Of a stretch of 64,000 nt of DNA, positions 10,001 to 19,712 are shown piece by piece (positions within the stretch are counted from its first letter, which is position 1; every line of letters begins with the position of its first letter). The position numbers and the translations under genes were made by a program. The notes under the pieces are model-generated. The model was not told the origin of the DNA and did not search any database. It saw only the letters and a list, made by a program, of their open reading frames with translations. Origin of the DNA: Myxococcales bacterium (GTDB taxonomy: Bacteria; Myxococcota_A; Polyangia; Polyangiales; DASUME01); contig JASGJH010000001.1 in NCBI GenBank assembly GCA_047601445.1, positions 7,168,001-7,232,000 of the forward strand, read 5' to 3'.

Positions 10001-13000
10001 AGGTCTCCACTCTCGAGACCGACCTCCACCGCGCTCTCCAGGATCGGGATCGACGTCCTGAGGTGGTTCTCCGCGTAGGCGTTCATGAACAGGGCGAAGA
10101 GCGTGTAGGTGCTGCAGCGGAGCGCAAAGCCGTCATCGCGGTCTGCGAGCGAGAGCGCAAAGCGGCCGAACGCGAGAGCCTGGGCGAAATCTCGCCTGAA
10201 GCCGATCAAGAATGCCCCGTAGACCAGGCAGCCGATGGCGGACTCCGTGGTGACGCCATGCTTGATGGTGAGGCTGACGCTCTCGTGGACAGCCCAGATG
10301 CCCAGCATCTGATCCGCCGCGTTGGCCGAGTAGGTGATCTTGCCGAGGATCTTCGCCACCGCGATGAGACGCGGATCGGTCATCACGGGCAGCTTCGGGA
10401 GGTCTTCTGCGCGCTTGCCTGCCATCAAGATGGCGAGCTTGGCCGCCGCCATCGCCGCGGCGACGGGAGCCGGCACGCTCGGCACGGGATGGTCGAGCTC
10501 CGCCAGGGCCTCGCGCCCGAGCTGCAGGGTGCGCGTGTGCTCGCCGCGGCTGGTCGCGAGCTCGATGCGGACCAACTGCAGCTCCGCCTTCTCCGGCGCA
10601 CTGCGTACCTTGGGCAAGAAAGCGGTCGCGCACTCCTCGGCTTCCGCGAACAGTCCCGCGAGGTAGGCGCACTCTGCGTAGCCGAAATGCAGTCCATAGG
10701 CCACGGCGTAATGCTCGGTCCAGGCGTCCTCCGAGAGCAGGGCCATGCCGCGTTGGAAATAGGCGAGCCCTTCTCGGTAGGCCGTGGTGCGGCGCGCGCG
10801 CCGGCCTGCCTCGAGGTTCAACGCGGCGATCTCGTTGCGTTCGGCCTGATCGGTCACCAGTGAGATGCCGCGGTTGAGTTGCTCGGTCATCTCGAAGACA
10901 CGCTCGGTCCGCTCGGCGCCTCGTGCACTCGCGCGCAGAATCCTGCCGAGCCGCAAGTGAAGCTCCGGACGGTCGGCCTCGAGGGTGCTTTCGTAGGCAG
11001 CCTGCTGCACGCGGTCGTGCAAGAAGCGGTAGCGATGGTCGGACTGTTCGATCTCCTGGGCGCGCGTCGACCGGCGCGTGTCGGAGTCCTCGGCGACCTC
11101 GGAGGACTTCGCTCCCATGTCGCGGACGAGCTCGATGGAGTAGTTGGGGTCGAGCGGCACCAGCAGGCGCTCGCGGATCGCCGGCGCCAGGCGTGCGCGC
11201 ATCTCCACCGGGGGCACATCGAGGGCCTCCGCCAGAAAGCCCAGTTCGAAGCGGTTCCCGATACAGGCTCCGACTCGTAGTGCTTGCTGGGTCGCAGGCG
11301 GCAAGCGCTCGAGCTTGCGCACCATCAGGTCCACGACGTTGGGCGTGATGCCGAGGGCGCCGATGGCCGCCAAGTTCCAGACCCAACGGCGCTGCGAAGC
11401 GGAGAAGCTCAACAGCTTCTCTTCATCCAGCGTGCGCAGGAATTCCTCGACGAAGAAGGGGTTTCCGGAGGTCTTCTCGTACACCAGCTGCGCGAGTTCA
11501 CGGGCCTCGCTGGGCGTGGTGCGGACGGCGTCCGCGATCAGGGCCGTCACCTCTTTTTGCGACAGCCCTCCGAGATGCAGGACGCACACGTCCACGGATG
11601 CAAGGCGTAGCTCGTCCAGCGTGATCGCCAACGGATGCGACGCATCCACCTCGTTGTCTCGGTATGCGCCGATGATGAGCAAATGGCTCGGTTGCGACGC
11701 GCGCATGAGGGCGTCGATGGCGTGCAGCGACGCGGGGTCGGCCCACTGCAGGTCGTCCAGAAACAATACGAGCGGCTGGCCCTCGCGCGCGAACGCCGTC
11801 AAGAACGCGGCCAGCGTGAGGTCGAAGCGATGTTGCACTTCGAGCAGCCCCGTTTCGGGCACGCTGGGTTGCGGTCCGATGATGCGCTCCAGAATCGGCA
11901 CCAGCTCCACGATCAGCTGCGCGTTTCTCGGCACCTGCTTCAGGATCCGCTCGCGCCACTCGCCCAGCTCCTCCTCCGGCAAGCTGAGTAGACTCCGACA
12001 GAGCTGCGTGAGGGCCTGTCCGAGCGCGAAGTAGGGCTCGTGGCGGTGCAGCGGATCGAACTTGCCGGCTGCGAAGCGACCACGCCGTTCGACGATCGGC
12101 TTGTGGACTTCGTTGACCAAACAAGACTTGCCGATTCCAGAGTAGCCGCTCACCAGCAGCCAGAGCTTCTCGCCCTGCGCTGCGCGCGCGAATGCCTGCA
12201 AGAGCTCTTCGCGCTCGGCATCGCGTCCGTACAGCCGCTCCGGGATCTGAAATCGCTCGGGTGCATCGTATCTGCCGAGCGCGAACTCGGTCACGGAGCC
12301 GGTCTCACGGTACTGAGCGAGGCATTCTTCGAGGTCCTGGGTGATGCCGGCGGCGCTCTGGTAGCGGGCCTCGGCGTTCTTCTGCAGGAGCTTGCCGACG
12401 ACCTTGGAGACTTGCTTGGGGATGTGAGGATCGAGCTGCCAGAGGTCGCGCGGAGGAACGGCGAGGTGGGCATGGACCAACGCCAGCGGATCGGAGATCT
12501 CGAACGGCGGATGGCCCACCAAGACGTGATAGAGGGTGGCGCCCAACGAGTAGAAGTCGGTCCGATAGTCCACCGTGCGGTTCATGCGCCCGGTTTGCTC
12601 GGGAGAAATGTAAGGCAGGGGAATGGCGCGCTCGTTCAAGTGTCGGGCTGGATCCGGGCGGTGCGTGAGGAGCGAAGCCTCCGAGAAGTCGACGATCTTG
12701 GCGGTCCAGGTCGCGGTGTCCACGACGATGTTGCCCGGATGAATGCTGCGGTGCGTGACGCCCTGCGCATGGATGTCCACCAGGCCGGCCGCGATTTGCA
12801 GGCCGATCTGGAGTCCCTTCTCCAGCGGCAGCCGTCCGCGTGCGAGGAGATCCCTCAGGGACGTGTCACCGAACGCCTCTTGCACCAGCGCCGCGCGATT
12901 GTCGAACGGTTCCACGCCGAGGTAAGCGACCACGTGTCGCGAGTGGATGGGGGCCGCGATCTCGAACTCACGCCAGGCGCGCGCGCGCATGTCTGGCAAG

Positions 13001-13164
13001 GACTCCCCGGCACTCCACTTGAGCACGACGCGGTCTCCTGACGCTGCGCGCACGGCCCGCGCGACATTGGAGCGGCGTCCTCTGTGGACTTGCGCCTCGA
13101 GTCTGTACCCGGAAATCATGCTCCCATCCGCGGCATGAGCCTGCGCGACGTCGTTCAAAGGCAA
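7027..13164 (-). CDS. Giant hybrid sensor: STK-like domain, AAA ATPase, GAF, PAS, histidine kinase and receiver
   Basis: YISPEQTGRMNR..DYRTDFYSLG, Walker A GYSGIGKS, LDDLQWAD, GNPFF, GAF region LFLENDL, H-box VAHDFNNLL, FEPFFTTK..GKGTGLGL, and a C-terminal REC (VVEDD, SDIIMPGMNG). Confidence 0.93.
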   Translation of the reverse strand: MPLNDVAQAHAADGSMISGYRLEAQVHRGRRSNVARAVRAASGDRVVLKWSAGESLPDMRARAWREFEIAAPIHSRHVVAYLGVEPFDNRAALVQEAFGDTSLRDLLARGRLPLEKGLQIGLQIAAGLVDIHAQGVTHRSIHPGNIVVDTATWTAKIVDFSEASLLTHRPDPARHLNERAIPLPYISPEQTGRMNRTVDYRTDFYSLGATLYHVLVGHPPFEISDPLALVHAHLAVPPRDLWQLDPHIPKQVSKVVGKLLQKNAEARYQSAAGITQDLEECLAQYRETGSVTEFALGRYDAPERFQIPERLYGRDAEREELLQAFARAAQGEKLWLLVSGYSGIGKSCLVNEVHKPIVERRGRFAAGKFDPLHRHEPYFALGQALTQLCRSLLSLPEEELGEWRERILKQVPRNAQLIVELVPILERIIGPQPSVPETGLLEVQHRFDLTLAAFLTAFAREGQPLVLFLDDLQWADPASLHAIDALMRASQPSHLLIIGAYRDNEVDASHPLAITLDELRLASVDVCVLHLGGLSQKEVTALIADAVRTTPSEARELAQLVYEKTSGNPFFVEEFLRTLDEEKLLSFSASQRRWVWNLAAIGALGITPNVVDLMVRKLERLPPATQQALRVGACIGNRFELGFLAEALDVPPVEMRARLAPAIRERLLVPLDPNYSIELVRDMGAKSSEVAEDSDTRRSTRAQEIEQSDHRYRFLHDRVQQAAYESTLEADRPELHLRLGRILRASARGAERTERVFEMTEQLNRGISLVTDQAERNEIAALNLEAGRRARRTTAYREGLAYFQRGMALLSEDAWTEHYAVAYGLHFGYAECAYLAGLFAEAEECATAFLPKVRSAPEKAELQLVRIELATSRGEHTRTLQLGREALAELDHPVPSVPAPVAAAMAAAKLAILMAGKRAEDLPKLPVMTDPRLIAVAKILGKITYSANAADQMLGIWAVHESVSLTIKHGVTTESAIGCLVYGAFLIGFRRDFAQALAFGRFALSLADRDDGFALRCSTYTLFALFMNAYAENHLRTSIPILESAVEVGLESGDLFYTAQASKSLTELRIWLGDPVGLLLQDLELRERSIRSFRSEQVTLEQSIFRQCLRCLHGETQGPASLSTGDRAESDIFAEAQAISAKGTRGLLLIIKTILHTLFGQPREAVRILLEHDRMIETSNVALIRLTEYGFFACLALVEGLRDRELDRRAVRRMLRSKKRLLARWAESAPMNFQHRYQLVLAELAEFEGRVETATFLYNEAIQGAEANGYSHHAALAAELAARAYRRRARSQIARTYLESARAGYLRWGALGKVRQLEDDHPELAREAEAAAPPLSLDTVSVVRASQALSSEIALAALLEKIMRVIVQTSGASRGVLLAADDGSLRIEAHLDAQRSARLVPANADEDMANLVSEAIVRYTLRTGEDVVLSDAAQRGDFASDPYVIAHHAKSVLCMALRHRDQIAGVLFLENDLSSGVFTEQRLEVLHLLLSQAAISLENARLYDSTQHLNLALKQREAMLRDFFEGMPVGVYVVDAKGRPVVTNKRAVEISGKPFEPSLNLSVAEVAETYQVYLAGTDQTYPVERSPLARALQGETSMIDDAEFRLPDRTVPVAAWGTPICDEQGAVRYAILAFQDISEQRAAETARTSLEAQLHQAQRLESIGRLAGGVAHDFNNLLTPILAYSELLARAMPPGSTARAQVTQIRDAAAQAADLTKQLLAFGRQQAIEPQVIDLNEEVRRFEKILRRLVRENVSFDLRLGQNVGRISADPSQIRRVIMNLAINGADAMPDGGQLVLETESVIRGSTSDAHREHGPSGACVVLRVRDSGHGMDADTLDRIFEPFFTTKAPGKGTGLGLPTVHGIVAQHGGELSVHSEIGKGTTFEVILPRVDDPGEQITAATSAMDDKPKGKGETVLVVEDDSAVRSVVADILRCDGYRVLAVGDPGDALVLAHQLGQTLDLLISDIIMPGMNGRELYRALTRERPLLKALFVSGYSEDMVSAKGTLDDGTVLLPKPFAVDALRARVRELLSADSESHGEDDTGE

Positions 13165-13406
13165 GCGAGCGGCGCTCCATCCCCCGATGGATCCAGCCGT
13201 ATCTCAGATCAAGCTACCATGCGGCCTTTGGCTCCGCTCCGTGAGGGTCCAGGTAGTCGCTGGCGCCGTGCGGGACTGGAATATGCTTGGTTCGCCGCAA
13301 GTGTCAGACTGCGAGTTCGCTCACGAGCACGGTGCACAGTCGTGCGTGCTGCCACGATGGCATCGCCTGCCCGTCGAGCTGCCCAGGACGCTCCATCTCT
13401 TGCGGA

Positions 13407-14462
13407 CTAGAAGGTCTCGCACACGTAGGTCAGCGCGGCCGAACAAGCACTGTCATTCCAGGTGCCGTCAATACCGATGGTGGCGCAATCTTCGCCTTCC
13501 GGGCAGGGGCCCGACGGGTAGCAGAGTTCGTTGCTGAATGTGTTGTCGGGTTGGCCTGCCGCCCAGTTGACGTACTGGCCGGCGCCCGCCACGCACTGCT
13601 TGGAGTCGGTGTTGAGGTCGCACAGCGCGGGACCGCGCGCGTTGTTCGCCGGGCCGTCGATCCAGGTCCACTTGCCCTCGTCGCCTTGTTTGACGCAGGT
13701 GGTCTTGCAATCGAGGGCATACACCTTACCGTTGTCGCCCTTGTCGTTGGCGCCGATCCAGCGCGTCACGCCACCCAGCTTCGAGGCTACGTACGCGTTT
13801 TCGTCGGCCGAGTTGATCACCACCAGGTCCGTGCTGTGGGAGCGACAGCCCTTGCGAGCGTTGTCCCAGCTGGCTGCGGACGGGCACACCAGATACGTGT
13901 GGCCGTTGTATTCGCTGCAGGCGCAGTCGCCCTCGTCGACCTTGCAACCGCTCGGGCAGCCTTCCGGGGGACACTTTCCGGCATCTGCGGGCGGGTCGGG
14001 GATGACGACGACACCCGAGTCATCGACCGGGGTTACGCCGCCGTCGTCGATGCGGGGCAGGGAGCCATCCATCTCGGGCATCTGTAGGTCACAGGCGTCC
14101 GTGGTGAGCGTGAAGCTGAGGCTCTTGGCGGGTAGGGCCTGGGCGCGGCAGGCGGTTGCGACCGGCACCTGCATGGCGCTGTCCTCGAAGGCGGTGACTT
14201 CGAGGAAGTAGTCGCCCGGGGAGACGATCTCGTCAGGGCCGGCTTCGCCCCGCACGAGGGTCGCATCGTAGGCCGCATCGGTGCCGCCGCAGGCGTCCCG
14301 GAGGACGCGGACCCGCAGGGTCATGGTGCGCATGGCGTCGCTCGGGCACTTAAAGTCGATGGTCCAGCGCAGGTCTGCCGGACCGTCTCCGGGACAGGCG
14401 GTCAAGAACCAGGCGCTGGAGAGAACCAAGAGAAGCGACGATACGAAGCGAGCCAACCTCAT
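13407..14462 (-). CDS. Lipoprotein with C-terminal C-type lectin-like domain
   Basis: Lipobox FLTAC. C-type lectin motifs YNGHTY..C...SWD.A...C, LVVINS..EN, WIGAND, NWAAGQPDN, EDC and WND..C....YVCE. Confidence 0.85.
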   Translation of the reverse strand: MRLARFVSSLLLVLSSAWFLTACPGDGPADLRWTIDFKCPSDAMRTMTLRVRVLRDACGGTDAAYDATLVRGEAGPDEIVSPGDYFLEVTAFEDSAMQVPVATACRAQALPAKSLSFTLTTDACDLQMPEMDGSLPRIDDGGVTPVDDSGVVVIPDPPADAGKCPPEGCPSGCKVDEGDCACSEYNGHTYLVCPSAASWDNARKGCRSHSTDLVVINSADENAYVASKLGGVTRWIGANDKGDNGKVYALDCKTTCVKQGDEGKWTWIDGPANNARGPALCDLNTDSKQCVAGAGQYVNWAAGQPDNTFSNELCYPSGPCPEGEDCATIGIDGTWNDSACSAALTYVCETF

Positions 14463-14562
14463 CACTGTACAGCCAACCTCTCACCCGGCGTTCCGAATTG
14501 TTTGCCTTTCGTAGCGTTCCTGGGGCGGTCCTTGGTAGTAATTGTGATCGACTGGAGGCAGC

Positions 14563-15507
14563 TTGCGGAGTGGCTTAGGCGCAGATGTGCGTCGTGTAGG
14601 GACGTGGACCCTTCCGAGTCGGGCGAGGCAGCAGCCTTCCGACGGCTCGCGCGCTCCGACGCGGCGCCCGCGCTCCGGGGTGCTGTGGTTGATCCTGGGG
14701 CTACTCTTCGGGCTGGCTTTGCCGCTGCCGGCTTCGGCCAACCCCGACCTCGACAAAGCCATCCGCTTGAGCGGAGAGCTCGAGTTCAACCAGGCCCTTC
14801 GCGCGTTCCAAAAAGCCCTCGATTCCGGGAAGCTCTCGCGAAGCGAACTCGCCCAGCTCCTGGCCGAGCGGGCGCTGTTGCTGCACGCGCTGCGGCGCCA
14901 ACCCGAGGTGGTCTCCGATTTCCGTTGGCTGGCCGCCGTGGACCCCAGCTACAAGCTCGACAGCCGCGCGCCCCCCGACCTGACGGCGATCTGGGAATCC
15001 CTGCGACGGGAGGCGGGCGGTGCGGCCAAGATCGAGCTGCGCGACGAGAGCTCCCCGGGGCGCCTCCGCTTGCGTCCCTTGGTGAAGGGGGCGCATCCGG
15101 AAGGGCTCCGCATCGACGCTTACTTCCGGGTCGGGGGAGGTGCCTACGAGCCCCTCGATGAGGCCCTCGGCGTGGAGCGCAACTACCCCCAGGGAGCCGA
15201 CGTGCAGGCCTACGCCAGCTTGATCGGCCTCGGACAGGTACAGCTCTCCAGCGCGGGAAACCCCGAGAATCCGCTGGCCTTCGTGGTGCCGCCCGCAGGA
15301 AACGCGGCTGTCGCGGTGGCTGGGGGAGGCTTCGGGTCGGAGCCCGAGACGACCCCAGCTGACTCCAAGAAACGCATCGACCCCAAGTGGCTATGGATTG
15401 GCGGTGCGGCGGCCGTGGTGGTAGTGGTCGTGGTTACCGCGGCGGTGCTTGCCGGGGGCGGTGAGGATTCGAAGGACGTGCGGCTTACCCCGGTGGCGAA
15501 CTTCTGA
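14563..15507 (+). CDS. Exported protein with TPR-like N-terminal helices and C-terminal membrane anchor; true start probably further downstream
   Basis: Signal-like LWLILGLLFGLALPLPASA, helical region ELEFNQALRAFQKAL, and C-terminal KWLWIGGAAAVVVVVVVTAAVLA. Its stop abuts the start of the following kinase. Confidence 0.7.
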   Translation: MRSGLGADVRRVGTWTLPSRARQQPSDGSRAPTRRPRSGVLWLILGLLFGLALPLPASANPDLDKAIRLSGELEFNQALRAFQKALDSGKLSRSELAQLLAERALLLHALRRQPEVVSDFRWLAAVDPSYKLDSRAPPDLTAIWESLRREAGGAAKIELRDESSPGRLRLRPLVKGAHPEGLRIDAYFRVGGGAYEPLDEALGVERNYPQGADVQAYASLIGLGQVQLSSAGNPENPLAFVVPPAGNAAVAVAGGGFGSEPETTPADSKKRIDPKWLWIGGAAAVVVVVVVTAAVLAGGGEDSKDVRLTPVANF

Positions 15508-17286
15508 ATGAGTGGGGCGATGCCCGAAGGTGTTCCGATCGGAAGCTTCGAGGGACAGGTCCTCGGTAGCTATCGCATCCTGCGCCCGATCGCCGCCGGA
15601 GGCATGGCCACCGTGTACCTCGCGCGCAAGGCCGGGCCGCGCGGGTTCGCCCAAAACGCTGCCATCAAGGTGGTTCATCCGCACCTCGCGCTGCAGCCCG
15701 AGTTCGTGGAGATGTTCCTGGACGAAGCCCGGATCATCTCGCTGATCAACCACCCGAACGTCTGCCGTGTGCTCGACTTCGGCGCCTTCGGAGGCACCTA
15801 CTTCCTGGCCATGGAGTACGTGCGCGGGGAGACCTGGGGCGACGTGCTCGCCGCGCTGCATGCTCATCCCCAGGGCGCCAAGGCCGTCCCGTCGATTTCT
15901 GCCTGGGTCATGGCCCAGACCTGCGAAGGACTCCATGCCGCCCACGAGGCGCACGATGAGTCCGGAGCCCAGCTTCACATCGTGCATCGCGACGTCTCGC
16001 CGCAAAACCTGCTGGTGGGCTACGACGGCAGCCTGCGCATCGTGGACTTCGGCGTGGCCTACGCGGCCGAGCGCTCGCACGCCACGCGAGATGGCGCCGT
16101 CAAGGGGCGCTACGGCTACATGGCGCCGGAGCAGATGCGCGGCAACGCCGTGGATCGACGGGCGGACATCTGGTCGGTGGGCGTGATCCTGCGCGAGGCG
16201 CTCACGGGTGGACGCCTGTTCGCGCGCGAGAACGACGCCGCCACCATCTACGCGGTCACCGAGCAGCCGCTCCCGGTGTGGCCCGAGCACGTTCCGCTCG
16301 CGCTGCGCGCCGTGGCAGACCGGGCGTTGATTCGCGAAGCGGAGGGCCGCTACGCCACCGCGCGCGACATGGGGCGCGACTTGGTGCGTGCGCGTGACGC
16401 GGACGGCTCTGCGAGCGTCGACCTCTCCGAGTGGATGGCCAAGCTCTTCGCCGAGAACATCGAGCGCAAGAACGCGCTCATCCGCGAGCTCGCTCAGCTA
16501 CCCAACACGCTCTCGCCCGGCGATGGCGTGCGCCCGCCCGCGCCCAAGGCGCAGGTGCCACCGCCGCCGCCGCCTTCCATGAACTCCACCGGCGGCCATC
16601 GCGCGGTCGGGACGACGCCACGCTCGGGCACGCCCACCACCAGCACCGTGCGCGAGGTCAGCAAGGGCAAGCAGCCCGTGCCGCCGCCTGTCGAGGTGCT
16701 CGCGGCCGAGAAGCGTCCGCCCTGGGTCATCCCTGTGTTCGTGGCCGGTGGCGTGGGCTCGCTGGTGCTCTTGTTCTTGCTGTTCTCGGGCTCGCCGGAG
16801 GGGACACCCAGCGTGACGTTGCAGACCCAGCCCACGCTGCCTGCTCCGGTGGTGCAGCCCATGGTGCCCTCGGTGCTCTCTCCGCCCAGTCCTGCGGGCG
16901 CGACCGTGCAACAAGTGGCTCCTGCCGTTCCCGCAGAAGGCGCGAGTGGTAGGGCGACCGAGCCGGCCGACAAGCCCATCCCGACGGGTGAGCGCGGCGC
17001 AGGCCGCAGCGGTCGCGAAACGAACGGCTCGGAAGCGAGCTCGAGCTCGAGTCGGCGCTCGTCGAGCCGCGCCGAGAACGGCACTGTGGTGATTGGCGCC
17101 GTGGGAGGCTGGGCGGACGTGTTCCTCGGCGCGCGGCGCCTGGGCACCACGCCGGTGGTGGCCACGCTCCCGGCCGGCACGCATACGCTTACCGTCTATC
17201 CCTTCGGGAAGGGACCGGCGCAGCGCTCGCGCATCGAGATCAAAGCGGGCGAACAGCTGAAGCACAAGCTGACACTGGGTCGCTAG
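15508..17286 (+). CDS. Membrane Ser/Thr protein kinase with C-terminal PEGA-like domain; paralog of 3550..5505
   Basis: Motifs GGMATV, AIK, HRDVSPQN, DFG and YMAPEQ. One TM segment, then WADVFLG..RLGTTP...LPAGTHTL. Confidence 0.93.
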   Translation: MSGAMPEGVPIGSFEGQVLGSYRILRPIAAGGMATVYLARKAGPRGFAQNAAIKVVHPHLALQPEFVEMFLDEARIISLINHPNVCRVLDFGAFGGTYFLAMEYVRGETWGDVLAALHAHPQGAKAVPSISAWVMAQTCEGLHAAHEAHDESGAQLHIVHRDVSPQNLLVGYDGSLRIVDFGVAYAAERSHATRDGAVKGRYGYMAPEQMRGNAVDRRADIWSVGVILREALTGGRLFARENDAATIYAVTEQPLPVWPEHVPLALRAVADRALIREAEGRYATARDMGRDLVRARDADGSASVDLSEWMAKLFAENIERKNALIRELAQLPNTLSPGDGVRPPAPKAQVPPPPPPSMNSTGGHRAVGTTPRSGTPTTSTVREVSKGKQPVPPPVEVLAAEKRPPWVIPVFVAGGVGSLVLLFLLFSGSPEGTPSVTLQTQPTLPAPVVQPMVPSVLSPPSPAGATVQQVAPAVPAEGASGRATEPADKPIPTGERGAGRSGRETNGSEASSSSSRRSSSRAENGTVVIGAVGGWADVFLGARRLGTTPVVATLPAGTHTLTVYPFGKGPAQRSRIEIKAGEQLKHKLTLGR

Positions 17287-17573
17287 CTCTGGCTTGAACG
17301 CTCGCTGGGTGCGCGCGTGAGCTCCGCGCACGCGGCGGTGCCAGCGAGTGACGTGCGTCGGCATGCATGAGCACGCCGGTCTGCTCGATGTTTCCGGCCG
17401 ATTCTGCGCGTATCTCCGGTGTGTCGCGAGCGTTTCTGCTGCCTAACTTGCGGTAGAACCAAACGTGTGGAGTCGATCGATGGCTAGCTTCGGAGTGCGG
17501 TTGATCGTAGGTGGAGGTTGAGAGTCAGACTGCAGACATGGGATCGGCAGCGCACAGGACGGAGGGAGCTTGC

Positions 17574-18713
17574 ATGGTTCGTCGCATCGCGATCAACACG
17601 GGCGGCGGTGACGCACCGGGCCTCAATGCCGTGATCCGCGCGGTCGCGCTCAGCGCGCTCAATCGCGGCTGGGAGGTCATCGGCATCAGGCGCGGTTACG
17701 AAGGCTTGCTGGAGGACGATCCGGAGGGACTCATTCGCTTGGACCGGCGTGCGGTGCGCGGCATCGCCCACCTGGGCGGCACCATTCTGGGGACCACCAA
17801 CCGCGGCGACCCCTTCAGCTATCCGGCGCTGGTGCAGGGCAAGAAAGTCCCGACCGATGTGTCGGCGCGCCTGGTGGAGCGCTTCAAGAGCTTGTCCATC
17901 GACGCCCTCGTGGCGCTCGGGGGCGACGGCTCCATGAGCATCGCGCAGCGCCTGATGGAGCGCGGGCTCCCCCGTGTGATCGGCGTGCCCAAGACCATCG
18001 ACAATGATCTCAGAGGCACCAACGTGACCTTCGGCTTCGCTACCGCGGTGGCCACTACCACCGAGGCCCTCGACAAGCTTCACACCACGGCGCAAGCCCA
18101 TCGCCGCGTGATGGTGGTGGAGGTCATGGGGCGTCACGCGGGTTGGATCGCGCTCCACGCTGGCATTGCGGGCGGCGCCGACGTGATCTTGATGCCGGAG
18201 ATTCCCTTCTCGTTCGAGCGTGTCTGCGAGAAGCTGCGCGAGCGCTACGAGAACAAGAGTGAGTTCGCCATCGTGGTGGTCTCCGAGGGCGCCAAAGAAC
18301 TGGGCGGTGAAGCCATGTACAAGCTCGACAAGGATGCCTTCAAGGAGCACGCCGTGTTGGGCGGCATCGGCGAACGTCTGGCTCGCCAGATCGAGGCTGC
18401 CACCGGCTACGAGTCGCGCGCGGTGGTGCTCGGGCACCTGCAGCGCGGCGGGTCGCCCGTGAGCTTCGATCGCCTGCTGGCCCAGTGCATGGGGTCCGCT
18501 GCCGTGCGCTATCTGGCCGAGGGCAATGAGAGCGGGATGGTGGCGCAGGTGGCGGGCGAGATCCGTTTGGTGCCGTTCGACCTCGTGATTGGCGGGACCC
18601 GTGGTGTGGACGTGAAGGGCGACGCCGTGGCCACGGGCCGCGACCTCGGGATCTGCTTCGGTGACGAGCCGGAGGGATGGTTCCGGAGGCATTCGTACGT
18701 GGCTGCGCAATGA
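17574..18713 (+). CDS. pfkA: 6-phosphofructokinase (group III type)
   Basis: Motifs TGGGDAPGLNAVIR, GGTILGT, GGDGS, PKTIDND, EVMGRHAGWIA and LGHLQRGG. ATG 17574 is preceded by GGAGGGAG. Confidence 0.95.
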   Translation: MVRRIAINTGGGDAPGLNAVIRAVALSALNRGWEVIGIRRGYEGLLEDDPEGLIRLDRRAVRGIAHLGGTILGTTNRGDPFSYPALVQGKKVPTDVSARLVERFKSLSIDALVALGGDGSMSIAQRLMERGLPRVIGVPKTIDNDLRGTNVTFGFATAVATTTEALDKLHTTAQAHRRVMVVEVMGRHAGWIALHAGIAGGADVILMPEIPFSFERVCEKLRERYENKSEFAIVVVSEGAKELGGEAMYKLDKDAFKEHAVLGGIGERLARQIEAATGYESRAVVLGHLQRGGSPVSFDRLLAQCMGSAAVRYLAEGNESGMVAQVAGEIRLVPFDLVIGGTRGVDVKGDAVATGRDLGICFGDEPEGWFRRHSYVAAQ

Positions 18714-18779
18714 AGGGATGCCAGGCGCCCCGACCGCGATCCCTTGACGCTATCTCGGGGACGGTGCACATGCCCCGGC

Positions 18780-19622
18780 ATGGCCAAACGCAACGCGCGA
18801 CAGACGGTCTTGATCACGGGTGCAGCCAGCGGAATCGGGCGCGAGACAGCGCGCGCCTTCGCTGAACGCGGTGCAGCCCTGGAGCTCACGGACCTCAACT
18901 ATGACGGACTGCTCGAAACCAAGAGGCTGTGCGAGGCCGCCGGTGCGTCGTCGGTGCACGTGGAGCCGGTGGACGTGGCGGACCCAGCGGCCATGGAGCG
19001 CTACGGGCGCAGCGTGCACTCACGTGTGAACGCGGTGGACGTACTGATCAACAACGCGGGCATTGGGGCTGCTGGGCGCTTCCTCGAGGCGTCGCTCGAG
19101 ACGTGGCGCAAGACCCTCGACATCAACTTGATGGGCGTCGTGCACGGCTGTCGTGTCTTCGTGCCCGCCATGGTCGCGCGCGGGCAGGGCGGCAGCGTGG
19201 TCAACGTGGCCTCGGTGGCGGGGCTCGTCGGCATGCCCGACATGCCCGTGTACTGCACGAGCAAATACGCAGTCGTGGGGCTCTCGGAGAGCCTGCGAGG
19301 AGATTTGGCGCGCCACAAGATCCGCGTGAGCTGCATCTGCCCGGGCGTGGTGGACACCAACATCGTCCACAGCACGCTCTACGAAGGTAAGGACTTCACG
19401 CCCGAAGTTCGGCAAGGCATCCAGAAGTTCTACGCAGGCCGCAAGTACACGCCGCGCAAGGTGGCCGACGCCATCGTGAGCGCGGTGGATCGCGGGGCGG
19501 GACTCGTGCCGGTGACACCCGAGAGTTGGTTCATGTGGCTCACCCAGCGCGCGGCGCCCGGGCTCATCGCGAGCTTGGGCCGAGGCGACAAAGTGTTCGC
19601 CCAGTTGCAAAAGCGGGGGTGA
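18780..19622 (+). CDS. Short-chain dehydrogenase/reductase
   Basis: Motifs TGAASGIG, NNAG, NVAS, catalytic YCTSK and CPG.VDT. Confidence 0.93.
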   Translation: MAKRNARQTVLITGAASGIGRETARAFAERGAALELTDLNYDGLLETKRLCEAAGASSVHVEPVDVADPAAMERYGRSVHSRVNAVDVLINNAGIGAAGRFLEASLETWRKTLDINLMGVVHGCRVFVPAMVARGQGGSVVNVASVAGLVGMPDMPVYCTSKYAVVGLSESLRGDLARHKIRVSCICPGVVDTNIVHSTLYEGKDFTPEVRQGIQKFYAGRKYTPRKVADAIVSAVDRGAGLVPVTPESWFMWLTQRAAPGLIASLGRGDKVFAQLQKRG

Positions 19623-19712
19623 AAAACAGGCCTGTTTGGGGGATCAGGGGTGCGCTTGTCACTCATTTGAGCGTTGCGACGAAGTAGGTTCGCGCTTACA
19701 AGTCGTCTGCAT

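Noticed and set aside
17574..18713. PPi-dependent PFK functionally linked to hppA
   Set aside because: The motif is GGDGS (Gly, ATP-type) rather than GGDD, so PPi use is not supported.
18780..19622. SDR as the missing ketoreductase of the PKS cluster
   Set aside because: It lies about 24 kb away behind pfkA and nothing links it to the cluster.
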